Assembly: GCA_025349965.1 (NCBI GenBank)
Contig: CP075337.1
Coordinates: 630,001-662,000, forward strand
Direction of reading: 5' to 3'
Origin: Candidatus Saccharimonadota bacterium
GTDB lineage: Bacteria > Patescibacteriota > Saccharimonadia > Saccharimonadales > Saccharimonadaceae
DNA length: 32,000 bases
Shown here: positions 25,118 to 32,000 of the stretch, one piece after another
How the letters are laid out: each line of letters begins with the position of its first letter
Position numbering within the stretch: the first letter of the stretch is position 1
The notes under the pieces: model-generated
Databases searched by the model: none
The model's input: the letters and a program-made list of their open reading frames with translations, nothing else
Told to the model about the DNA's origin: nothing
Program-made: the position numbers and the translations under genes

Positions 25118-26887
25118 TTAAGCCAGGTGGCGTTCTACGACTTCGCGCGTAAAGAATTCAAGATGGTCACCGATTTCAAGCAATGTCTTTTTGTCCGTCT
25201 TAAGCGTAAGTCCACACATATCACCTTCAAAGACTTCTTTGGCGGCGATTTTCTCGCGTTGGAGGCTGGTAATTTCAGCTTCACCAAGGCCCTCATCGCC
25301 ACGCTTCATGCGTACGAGAAGGCCTGGAGTAATTTTGCCAGTAACTACCTGTCCGCCGGCAATAACTTCGTCCTTCAATGTACGGAAGACACCCTTCACT
25401 TCAAGGATACCAACTTCAGTCTCAACTACCTCTGGCGCTAGAAGTTTTTCCATTGAATTCTTTGCATCATCAAGGAGTTCGTAAATAATCTTGTAGAGAC
25501 GTACTTCAGCGCGCTCACGAGTAGCAAGTTGCTTCACAGCAGGTGGAAGTTCAACATTGAAGCCGTAGATAATTGTCTTACCGTCGCTGGCAAGGCGAAT
25601 GTCATTCTCGGTAATGTTACCGATGCCACTACTCACAACATGGAGGGATACTTCCCCACCGGTTTCGATGAGTTTAAGGCTGTCAATAACAGAGGTCAAT
25701 GAACCCTGCACGTCTGCCTTTACAATAATGTTAAAGTCAGCCGCTTCGTGCTTCTGGGTCATCATCTTAAGGATGTCTGCGCCGGTGACGTTTGCGCTGG
25801 CAGCGCTGTCTTCACGCTCCTTGCGTGTTTCGGCCGCACGAGCACGAGCTTCTTTTTCATTCTTCACAACCTGGAAAATATCACCAAACTGTGGCAATTC
25901 TTTGAATCCGGTTACCGTTACCGGTGTTGAAGGGCCGGCCTCTTTAATTGCCTTGCCAGTAAAGTCTTCGAGGGTACGAACCTTGCCGTACGCAGTACCT
26001 GCAACCATGAACATACCCGGTTTGAGTACACCCTGTTCAACCAGGAAACCTACCACCGCACCACGGCCAATTTCCATGTGCGCTTCAATCACAAGTCCTT
26101 CGGCAGAAGTTTCAACTTCAGCCTTGAGCTCTTCCATATCGGCAACGAGGAGGACCATATCAAGGAGTTGGTCAACGCCTTGTCCTGTTTTCGCGCTTAC
26201 CTCAACCATCACCGTGTCACCACCCCATGCTTCTGGGTTGAGACCATGTTCGCTGGCGAGTTGTGCCATTACCATTTGAGGGTTAGCGGCTTCTTTATCA
26301 ATCTTGTTGATTGCAACCACGATCTTGGCATTTGCGGTGCGCGCGAAGCGGATTGCTTCAATGGTCTGCGGTTTTACACCATCATCAGCGGCAACAACAA
26401 TAATCACTACGTCGGTAAGGGTTGCACCGTGCTGGCGGAGCGCAGCAAAAGCTTCATGCCCTGGCGTATCAAGCAGTGTAATAGTGCGCTCTTTTCGCAC
26501 TGTTTGGTAGGCGCTAATGTGCTGGGTGATGCCACCGGCCTCACCTTCAACTACCTTTTGGCCTAAAATTGAATCCAGAAGACTGGTTTTACCGTGGTCA
26601 ACGTGTCCCATCACCGCAACAATTGGCGGACGCGCCACTGCCTTGTCAGACAATTCACGCGTTGGGCGTTCTGCTGCCGCGGCAACCTCTTTCTTCTGAA
26701 GCTCAACGTCGAGGCCAAGCTCTTCTACAATAATGGTTGCTGTTTCAAAATCGATACGCTGGTTAATGGTTGCAGCGATACCGTTCTTGAAGAGCTCTCC
26801 AATAAGAGTTGTAACAGGCAAATTCAGAACATCAGCAAGTTCACCTACTGTAATTGAATTTGCAATAGATAACACTTTTTCTGCCAT
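25118..26887 (-). CDS. infB: Translation initiation factor IF-2 (short N-terminus)
   Basis: GTPase motifs [17 protein letters not shown] and NKID. C-terminal IF-2 domains present. Confidence 0.95.
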   Translation of the reverse strand: MAEKVLSIANSITVGELADVLNLPVTTLIGELFKNGIAATINQRIDFETATIIVEELGLDVELQKKEVAAAAERPTRELSDKAVARPPIVAVMGHVDHGKTSLLDSILGQKVVEGEAGGITQHISAYQTVRKERTITLLDTPGHEAFAALRQHGATLTDVVIIVVAADDGVKPQTIEAIRFARTANAKIVVAINKIDKEAANPQMVMAQLASEHGLNPEAWGGDTVMVEVSAKTGQGVDQLLDMVLLVADMEELKAEVETSAEGLVIEAHMEIGRGAVVGFLVEQGVLKPGMFMVAGTAYGKVRTLEDFTGKAIKEAGPSTPVTVTGFKELPQFGDIFQVVKNEKEARARAAETRKEREDSAASANVTGADILKMMTQKHEAADFNIIVKADVQGSLTSVIDSLKLIETGGEVSLHVVSSGIGNITENDIRLASDGKTIIYGFNVELPPAVKQLATRERAEVRLYKIIYELLDDAKNSMEKLLAPEVVETEVGILEVKGVFRTLKDEVIAGGQVVTGKITPGLLVRMKRGDEGLGEAEITSLQREKIAAKEVFEGDMCGLTLKTDKKTLLEIGDHLEFFTREVVERHLA

Positions 26888-26981
26888 GCTGATGTCCTTT
26901 CGTTTGGTACGATGGTGGACGACCCTTCTTTAGCCGACCACCATAGAATTTGCTTTTTTTGAGGGAATCCCCTCTAGTAGA

Positions 26982-28064
26982 TTACTTGTTCTTTGGCTTT
27001 GAGCCTGGAAGGCCAAGTGAAATCTTGCGGTTGTCCTTTTCGATATCAAGAACAACAAATGGCTTGCGCTCGTTCAATGTGAACACCTTTTCTGGGTCAA
27101 CTGAATCGCCACTACCAAGTTCTGAAACATGTACAAGTGCTTCAACAGCCGGGCTGATCTGCACGAATGCACCAAATGGCGTGATACGAGTTACCGTACC
27201 CTCAACTTCTTCGCCAACCTTGAACTGGTCAACTTCGCCAAGCCATGGGTCTTCAGAAAGCTGCTTCATGCTGAGTGAGAGGCGATCCTTGTCGATAGCA
27301 ATAATCTTTGCTTCGATTGGCTGACCAACCTTCACGTAGTCTGCAGGGTTGTTTACACGCTCCCAGCTAATCTCTGAGATGTGTACAAGACCTTCAATAC
27401 CTTCAACGTTTACGAAGATACCGTAGTCTACAACACCGGTTGCAACACCATTTACGGTGTCACCAACTGCAAGCTTTTCAAATCGCTCCGCAAGACCTTC
27501 CTTAACCGCTTCCTTCTCAGAGAAGATAAGCTTGTTTGCCTTACGGTCTGCATCAAGGATAGTTACCTTAAGTACCTTTTCCTTAAGACCGTTAAGACGC
27601 TGAAGGATTTCATCCTTGTCATTGCTGCCAACACGTGGGTAGTGTTCTGCAGAAAGCTGTGAAACTGGGAGGAACCCGCGAACACCTTCGTATTCTACGA
27701 GAAGACCACCACGGTTTGCGTCGTAAGGAGTAACCTCGATAATATCGCCAGCTTCCATCTTAGCGACAACTTCATCCCAACCCTTATCCTTCGCAGCCTT
27801 GCGAAGTGAAAGAAGTACCTGTCCGTTTTCAAGCTCAGTGTCTACGACGCTTGCGGCAACAGTGTCCCCTTCGTTAAGTGAACGTGAAAACCCAACTTCA
27901 CGACGTGGAACCAAACCGATTCCTTGTGGGCCAAGATCAATAAGGATTTCGTGCTTTCGTACTGAAAGAACAGTCCCCTCGATTACCTCGCCCTGGGTTG
28001 CTTGTTTTACTGATGCATCTTCTAGGGCTAGAAGATCATCCATTGTGAGTGCGGCGTTTGCCAT
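26982..28064 (-). CDS. rpsA: 30S ribosomal protein S1 (four S1 domains)
   Basis: Repeated S1/OB motifs (G.V..V...G..V.L....G..H.SE). No terminator before infB. Confidence 0.9.
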   Translation of the reverse strand: MANAALTMDDLLALEDASVKQATQGEVIEGTVLSVRKHEILIDLGPQGIGLVPRREVGFSRSLNEGDTVAASVVDTELENGQVLLSLRKAAKDKGWDEVVAKMEAGDIIEVTPYDANRGGLLVEYEGVRGFLPVSQLSAEHYPRVGSNDKDEILQRLNGLKEKVLKVTILDADRKANKLIFSEKEAVKEGLAERFEKLAVGDTVNGVATGVVDYGIFVNVEGIEGLVHISEISWERVNNPADYVKVGQPIEAKIIAIDKDRLSLSMKQLSEDPWLGEVDQFKVGEEVEGTVTRITPFGAFVQISPAVEALVHVSELGSGDSVDPEKVFTLNERKPFVVLDIEKDNRKISLGLPGSKPKNK

Positions 28065-28237
28065 AAGTCTTTTTAAGACTCCTTCCTTAAATATATTTCC
28101 TGAAGAGTCCCCGACATCCGTTTCGCTTTAAGCCCATGCATTCTTAGCGCCGTAGCGCCTGAAGCACACGTAATAAAGAGCTCTTCATAGATTAGTCTTA
28201 TTTTACCTTAATTTAAGAGATAAGTCCAGAAAGGAGA

Positions 28238-28654
28238 TTAGACTGTGAGCCGTCGTGATTGAATATAGGCAATAACTACAAACGTCACAAGTCCAAGTGG
28301 AATTGCCGCAAGATAGTCAGCCGCACCAGTCTCTGGAAGTTCCGTAGCACTTACGCTTGCGCTCGCACCCTTTTCAGCTTCAGCCGCCTCACGCGCTTTT
28401 TTATCCTCAGCAGCCTTCGCCTCTGATTCTTTGCGCGCAGTTTCCTCTTGAGTACTTTTTGTGTTCTCTGAAGTATTCGTCTTGCTGTCAGATTCAAGCT
28501 GTTTAAGCCGCTCGTCCGCAACCTTAATAGTCTCTTCGTGACGCGCCGCCTCACCGCGCTGCTTCACAATTGAAACAACTGCTACTGTACCGACAGCTAA
28601 TAGTATAATTCCCACCGCAAGTGCCACCCGTCGCCCTGCTAATTGCATTGCCAT
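28238..28654 (-). CDS. Small LPXTG-motif surface protein
   Basis: N-terminal hydrophobic anchor/signal (RRVALAVGIILLAVGTVAVVSIV), a K/E/A-rich spacer, then LPETG plus a hydrophobic stretch (AADYLAAIPLGLVTFVVIAYI) and a basic tail (QSRRLTV). Confidence 0.75.
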   Translation of the reverse strand: MAMQLAGRRVALAVGIILLAVGTVAVVSIVKQRGEAARHEETIKVADERLKQLESDSKTNTSENTKSTQEETARKESEAKAAEDKKAREAAEAEKGASASVSATELPETGAADYLAAIPLGLVTFVVIAYIQSRRLTV

Positions 28655-28679
28655 GGTTCTTCTCCCGTTTATAGGGGTT

Positions 28680-28708
28680 ATTATATGCCTTTTAGGGCGC
28701 GGTTACAA
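28680..28708 (-). promoter_or_regulatory. Promoter TTGTAA-17-TATAAT for the LPXTG gene
   Basis: -35 at 28703-28708, -10 at 28680-28685. A GGGAGAA SD precedes the ATG. Confidence 0.55.
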
Positions 28709-28743
28709 GGAGAGTAGCAATACACACAGGACTGCAACCTACA

Positions 28744-29940
28744 TCAATCCATAAGGCAGCGGACAGCATACCCGAGAATACGCGTACCACCATTGCCTGG
28801 ATGGACGTCATCAACCTTAATGTACGTACTGCGTACTTTAGTGACATCAGTAGGGTAAACAGATCGAGACCAAAAGTGGCCAATACTGGACTGACCCTGG
28901 AACACGCCAGCGTTCCAAGAGCCAGAAAATACGCCCTTAAATGCACCTCCATGCTGCCAGTTTTGATAGAAGCCACTACCACCGGAGATAGAGCCAGTAG
29001 TTGCATCAGAATTACTCATCTTGGCGTTAAGCATAGGAAACTCAACCGTGCCACTTGTACCACCGGTTGGAAGACGCCAGTTAGCCGGGCAGATGGAATA
29101 TGGGGCATTGCCCTTTGTTTGATCATGAGAAATACGAGTCTCACCGGCTGTGGCGGCCGACCAATTATAGAGGTAGCCATAGTTCGTTGCTCCAGAGCCA
29201 GTATCCCCTGGAATGGGTCCATAGATATACGGGGTATCATAATCATTACCGGGATTAGTAGATACATCTTGTGCACGCGTACCATCATTAAGTTGCGGCA
29301 ACGAAAAGGTATTTGCGATATTAGTGTCGCTTGGCGTTAGTGTGATAGAACCCGCAGTTGAGCCTAGCTTGAGATTAGTCAGCATCCAGCATTTATTGTC
29401 GGCGAGCTTGGCAATTTCATAGGTGCGACTGGTGCCACCGCGAATGTCGATGACAGTACGGATCGCGTTGGTATTATTTCCTGTAAAAGTTGGTAGCGCC
29501 GCACACTGAGCGGAGGTGACACCCTGAATGAGACTATTAGCTACAATCTCCGTTCCGCTTCCACTACCAGCGACGGAGTGGCCGGTACAGGCGCCTGACT
29601 GAATGACACCGATGTGGGTGATACTAAAGGCCTTGCCATCCTTTGAGGCAGTAGCACAGAAGCCCTGCCCGCCACTTGTTTGCGTGTACTGAATAGTCGA
29701 GGGTGCGTAACTTGGCTTGGAGGGTGGATAAGAGCCCGTGTCGACTTTTTCAAGATGAAGTTTTTTAGAGGTGATACTTAAATCACTCTTTAGTGCGGAA
29801 TCTTTTGCTTGAGTGGTGATACCGTTGTACGCAATGACGGTTATGGTGGCGAGGATTGCAATAACAACCACAACAATGAGAAGCTCGACAATCGTAAATG
29901 CTGCGTGAAACTTTTTATGCGATTTCATTCCACCCAGCAT
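28744..29940 (-). CDS. Type IV pilin-like protein fused to a Fibrobacter succinogenes major paralogous (FISUMP) domain
   Basis: N-terminus ..KKFHAA|FTIVELLIVVVVIAILATITVIAYNG. C-terminal FISUMP signatures: CWMLTNLKLG, YGYLYNWSAA, CPANWRLPT, HFWSRS and GYAVRCLMD. An alternative start exists at 29928. Confidence 0.85.
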   Translation of the reverse strand: MLGGMKSHKKFHAAFTIVELLIVVVVIAILATITVIAYNGITTQAKDSALKSDLSITSKKLHLEKVDTGSYPPSKPSYAPSTIQYTQTSGGQGFCATASKDGKAFSITHIGVIQSGACTGHSVAGSGSGTEIVANSLIQGVTSAQCAALPTFTGNNTNAIRTVIDIRGGTSRTYEIAKLADNKCWMLTNLKLGSTAGSITLTPSDTNIANTFSLPQLNDGTRAQDVSTNPGNDYDTPYIYGPIPGDTGSGATNYGYLYNWSAATAGETRISHDQTKGNAPYSICPANWRLPTGGTSGTVEFPMLNAKMSNSDATTGSISGGSGFYQNWQHGGAFKGVFSGSWNAGVFQGQSSIGHFWSRSVYPTDVTKVRSTYIKVDDVHPGNGGTRILGYAVRCLMD

Positions 29941-29982
29941 AACATAAACTTCATGTCAGCACTCGCTCCGCCCGATCGTTCA

Positions 29983-29991
29983 TGCTACACT
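29983..29991 (+). promoter_or_regulatory. Extended -10 promoter TGcTACACT, 6 nt upstream of ATG 29998
   Basis: Reads caTGcTACACTagacccATG. The core is the same as at 216-224. Confidence 0.5.
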
Positions 29992-29997
29992 AGACCC

Positions 29998-30819
29998 ATG
30001 ATCGTAGCGATAGACACTGGGGGGACGAAGACGCTGATTGCTGGGTACAATGAGCGTGGTGCCATCACCACACAGTATAAGTTTGAAACACCAAAGAAAC
30101 CTTCAGAATATATAGACACTTTACTCACCCACCTCACTGCTCTTTTTGGGGACAAAAAGATAACCGCGCTATCTCTTGCCGTCCCGGGCATCGTACGGAA
30201 CGGAGTTGCGGTTCACTGCCCAAACCTTGGGTGGAACAACTTTCCAATCGTACGTGAGCTAAAAAGCGCGCTAGGGCCTAAGCTCCCTATCTTCCTCGAG
30301 AACGATGCAAACCTTGCGGGCCTCGCCGAGGCACGTTCTTTTAGAACAATCCCCGATTCATGCCTCTACGTAACCATCAGTACCGGGATTGGAAGCGGTA
30401 TTATTATTGACGGCAAGATTGACCGCGGCCTTGCTAACAGCGAAGCTGGACATGCACTTATTGAATACGATGGCGTCGTGCGTGAATGGGAATCATTCGC
30501 TTCTGGCCAGGCGGTTTACAAAACCTATAAGAAAATGGCAAAAGATATCAAAAGCAAACGCACCTGGATGCAAATCGCCGACCGCATAAGTCGAGGTTTC
30601 CTTGCAGTTATCCCAATCCTTCAACCTAATGTGATTGTGATTGGCGGAAGTATGGGTAGCCATTTTGAGAAATATGAACTATTCCTTAACGAAAAACTTA
30701 AAAAGCACCTCCCAGACATGATTGCAGTTCCGAAAATCGTCCAAGCAAAACATCCAGAAGAGGCCGTTGTCTATGGCTGCTACTACCATGCCCTTGACCA
30801 ACTTGCTGCAAAAGCTTAA
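29998..30819 (+). CDS. ROK-family sugar kinase-like protein (no Cys-rich zinc motif)
   Basis: MIVAIDTGGTKT phosphate-1 motif, LENDANLAGLAEA and ISTGIGSGII. ATG 29998 is chosen because the ORF-track start at 29809 overlaps the pilin gene. Confidence 0.8.
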   Translation: MIVAIDTGGTKTLIAGYNERGAITTQYKFETPKKPSEYIDTLLTHLTALFGDKKITALSLAVPGIVRNGVAVHCPNLGWNNFPIVRELKSALGPKLPIFLENDANLAGLAEARSFRTIPDSCLYVTISTGIGSGIIIDGKIDRGLANSEAGHALIEYDGVVREWESFASGQAVYKTYKKMAKDIKSKRTWMQIADRISRGFLAVIPILQPNVIVIGGSMGSHFEKYELFLNEKLKKHLPDMIAVPKIVQAKHPEEAVVYGCYYHALDQLAAKA

Positions 30820-31234
30820 GTTAGATTTCCCACACCTCACCTTTGAAGAAGGGGCTGATTTCTTGTGGTCTCCAGAGAAATCAACAGTAACCTATAAAAA
30901 AGAAGGCGACCCCGCCCTACTTCTTCACGAAATTGGACACGCACAGCTTCAGCACTCTGAATACACCCGCGATGTAGAGCTTATATCTATGGAACGATCT
31001 GCATGGGAAAAGGCAAAGGAGTTGGGCGCAGTATATAGGATTGTTATCTCTGACGATACAGTTGAGGACCACCTTGACACTTACCGCGACTGGCTTCATG
31101 CACGGAGCACGTGCCCATCATGCACTGCTGTTGGATATCAAACTGGACAATTCACCTACGCTTGCCCGGCCTGCAGCCAAGAGTGGCGCGTCAACGAGGC
31201 CCGCGTTTGTGGCTTACGAAGAACAAAACTATAA
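30773..31234 (+). CDS. Putative zinc metalloprotease-like protein (HExxH) with a C-terminal zinc ribbon
   Basis: LLHEIGHAQLQH motif and CPSC...CPAC. The start is uncertain: 30773 has AGAAGAGG 9 nt upstream, with alternatives at 30722 and 30788. It overlaps the 3' end of the ROK gene. Confidence 0.6.
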   Translation: MAATTMPLTNLLQKLKLDFPHLTFEEGADFLWSPEKSTVTYKKEGDPALLLHEIGHAQLQHSEYTRDVELISMERSAWEKAKELGAVYRIVISDDTVEDHLDTYRDWLHARSTCPSCTAVGYQTGQFTYACPACSQEWRVNEARVCGLRRTKL

Positions 31235-31269
31235 AAAATAACCCCTCAAACACGAGGGGTTATTTTTTA
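31233..31269. terminator. Bidirectional rho-independent terminator
   Basis: AAAAA-ATAACCCCTC-aaacac-GAGGGGTTAT-TTTTT between convergent genes. Confidence 0.8.
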
Positions 31270-31285
31270 TTGAGATGAACTGGGA

Positions 31286-31483
31286 CTATTTATCCTCAGT
31301 CTTGCGGCGACGCGAAATACGTCCACCCTTTGCACCTGCAATACGTGCAAGTTCAGGGTTTGCTGCGAATCCACCAGTACGTCCAAGCTTTCCGCCCTTA
31401 CGTCCGATTTCAGCGTAAAAATTAGGGTTCTTTGCTAGGTTCTTTGCTGCTGCCTTCTGTCCGCCTGCTTTTGTTCCTGCCAT
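31286..31483 (-). CDS. KGG-repeat general stress protein (YciG/GsiB-like)
   Basis: GRKGGKLGRTGGFAANPELARIAGAKGG repeats. Start at ATG 31483 with AGGAG 9 nt upstream. Confidence 0.7.
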   Translation of the reverse strand: MAGTKAGGQKAAAKNLAKNPNFYAEIGRKGGKLGRTGGFAANPELARIAGAKGGRISRRRKTEDK

Positions 31484-31605
31484 GGGGTTATACTCCTGTG
31501 GGTTCACTTTCCCACACAATTAAAAAGATTTCCACACACCAAATGGCGTGGAAACCCTCATTTATACCTCACATATGCGATATCACTCGCAATGCTTATG
31601 ATTCC

Positions 31606-31634
31606 ATAATATCATAGCTTATGCTTTTTGTCAA
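31606..31634 (-). promoter_or_regulatory. Promoter TTGACA-17-TATTAT (TGa extended -10) for the KGG gene, with a ~115-nt leader
   Basis: -35 at 31629-31634, -10 at 31606-31611. The leader contains hairpins at 31529-31554 and 31498-31515, the latter abutting the SD. Confidence 0.55.
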
Positions 31635-31703
31635 GTTTTACATGAGCATTATTTTATGGTTTTATATTATTTGCTATTTCACACTATTATGTTTATGCTA
31701 GTG

Positions 31704-31732
31704 TTGCATATATGCGAATCATGGGATATTAT
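31704..31732 (+). promoter_or_regulatory. Promoter TTGCAT-17-TATTAT with no downstream ORF
   Basis: -35 at 31704-31709 overlaps the palindrome GCATATATGC (31706-31715). -10 at 31727-31732. Confidence 0.45.
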
Positions 31733-31738
31733 AGATAT

Positions 31739-31898
31739 AAGCCTTTGCGGTTCATATATCATATATGAAGTCAGTAAAGACGGCACCTGTTTGAATCTTT
31801 CTCAAAAATAAAGAAGATTCGTCAAAAAGCTTCTGGTTCGCAGCAACCACCACAAGAAGCACAAATGAAAACACCCGATCTGCGAGACGGGTGTTTTT
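31739..31898 (+). ncRNA. Candidate ~160-nt small RNA (promoter-to-terminator unit without a credible ORF)
   Basis: Bounded by the promoter at 31704-31732 and the terminator at 31867-31898. Contains a 19-bp palindrome (31751-31769) and a hairpin (31793-31820). The longest internal ORF that does not run into the terminator is 9 codons. Confidence 0.3.
31867..31898. terminator. Rho-independent terminator (possibly bidirectional)
   Basis: AAAACACCCG-atctgcgaga-CGGGTGTTTTT. On the minus strand it is followed by TTTTCATTT. Confidence 0.65.
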
Positions 31899-31903
31899 GC
31901 TTT

Positions 31904-31912
31904 TGTTATACT
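31904..31912 (+). promoter_or_regulatory. Extended -10 promoter TGtTATACT, 13 nt upstream of ATG 31926
   Basis: Reads ttTGtTATACTatatgtaaggcttATG. Confidence 0.45.
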
Positions 31913-31925
31913 ATATGTAAGGCTT

Positions 31926-32000
31926 ATGGTTAAGAAAAACGCCCGCAATAGACCAAAAATAAATACCACAAAGAAATATACGTGGCCTTTATTAATAGGT
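31926..32000 (+). CDS. 5' end of a CDS running off the window (MVKKNARNRPKINTTKKYTWPLLIG...)
   Basis: Open for 25 codons to the window end. The promoter geometry matches other genes here, and a basic N-terminus followed by a hydrophobic onset suggests a membrane protein. Confidence 0.35.
   Translation, partial: MVKKNARNRPKINTTKKYTWPLLIG

Noticed and set aside
26954-26974. T7 run plus GAGGG-aatc-CCCTC hairpin in the rpsA-infB spacer as a terminator
   Set aside because: The orientation is wrong on both strands: the T-run precedes the hairpin on the plus strand, and an A-run follows it on the minus strand. rpsA and infB are probably co-transcribed.
31621-31701. 26-codon very hydrophobic ORF (MLFVKFYMSIILWFYIICYFTLLCLC), type I toxin-like
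   Set aside because: It lies in an AT-rich stretch where Phe/Ile/Leu/Tyr codons arise by chance. It has no SD, only a weak candidate promoter and no overlapping antisense transcript predicted. It is not supportable without expression data.
31681-31770. Possible NrdR boxes (ACACTATTATGT, GCATATATGC, TTCATATATcATATATGAA)
   Set aside because: The palindrome lengths and spacing do not fit the 16-bp NrdR-box consensus, and no nrd gene is adjacent. They are kept only as generic operator candidates.
31865-31933. 22-codon Cys-rich ORF (MKTPDLRDGCFCFCYTICKAYG)
   Set aside because: It runs straight through the terminator hairpin and the next gene's promoter. Most likely fortuitous.
1-32000. CRISPR arrays, DGR (TR/VR pairs plus reverse transcriptase), transposases/integrases, tRNA/rRNA genes, alternative genetic code (UGA recoding)
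   Set aside because: No regularly spaced direct repeats, no RT or transposase-like ORF and no tRNA-like cloverleaf were seen in the intergenic regions. Long housekeeping ORFs are intact under the standard code, and TGA is used as a genuine stop (for example the ATGA overlap at 4246-4249).

Overview
Gene-dense segment of a compact bacterial chromosome, roughly 45-50% GC by eye, standard genetic code. Most genes are housekeeping. ileS sits behind an ArsC/Spx-family gene. A minus-strand string runs ftsA-ftsZ-nrdR-(Trx/NrdH-like)-VKOR-hydrolase. The rest are map, adk, yqeY, rpsU, an ABC-2 exporter pair, a wHTH-recJ pair, priA-def-fmt, infB, rpsA and a ROK kinase. Surface and envelope genes include two type IV pilin-like proteins (one fused to a FISUMP domain), an LPXTG mini-protein and a LiaF-like protein. 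These, together with shortened core proteins, suggest a reduced-genome organism with a Gram-positive-type envelope, such as a Saccharibacteria/CPR lineage; this is inference only. Main stand-outs: (1) A ~1.1 kb high-GC island (23.9-25.1 kb) encodes an orphan coiled-coil protein. It has a native-looking promoter, a structured ~190-nt leader and three stacked terminators. A second high-GC gene end lies at the window start. (2) A T-box-like leader with an Ile (AUC) specifier candidate and a UGGUACC bulge lies upstream of the ArsC-like/ileS operon. (3) The NrdR homologue has lost all four zinc-ribbon cysteines and sits next to a Cys-less Trx/NrdH-like protein. (4) Extended -10 boxes (TGnTAyACT) recur 6-13 nt upstream of start codons, implying widespread leaderless or near-leaderless mRNAs. 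(5) A pilin-FISUMP fusion lies beside an LPXTG protein. (6) An AT-rich ~400 bp non-coding region holds promoters, related palindromes and an orphan terminator, making it an sRNA candidate. No CRISPR array, tRNA/rRNA gene, transposase or integrase was seen. No single obvious multi-gene novel system (for example a defence operon) could be supported from sequence alone.
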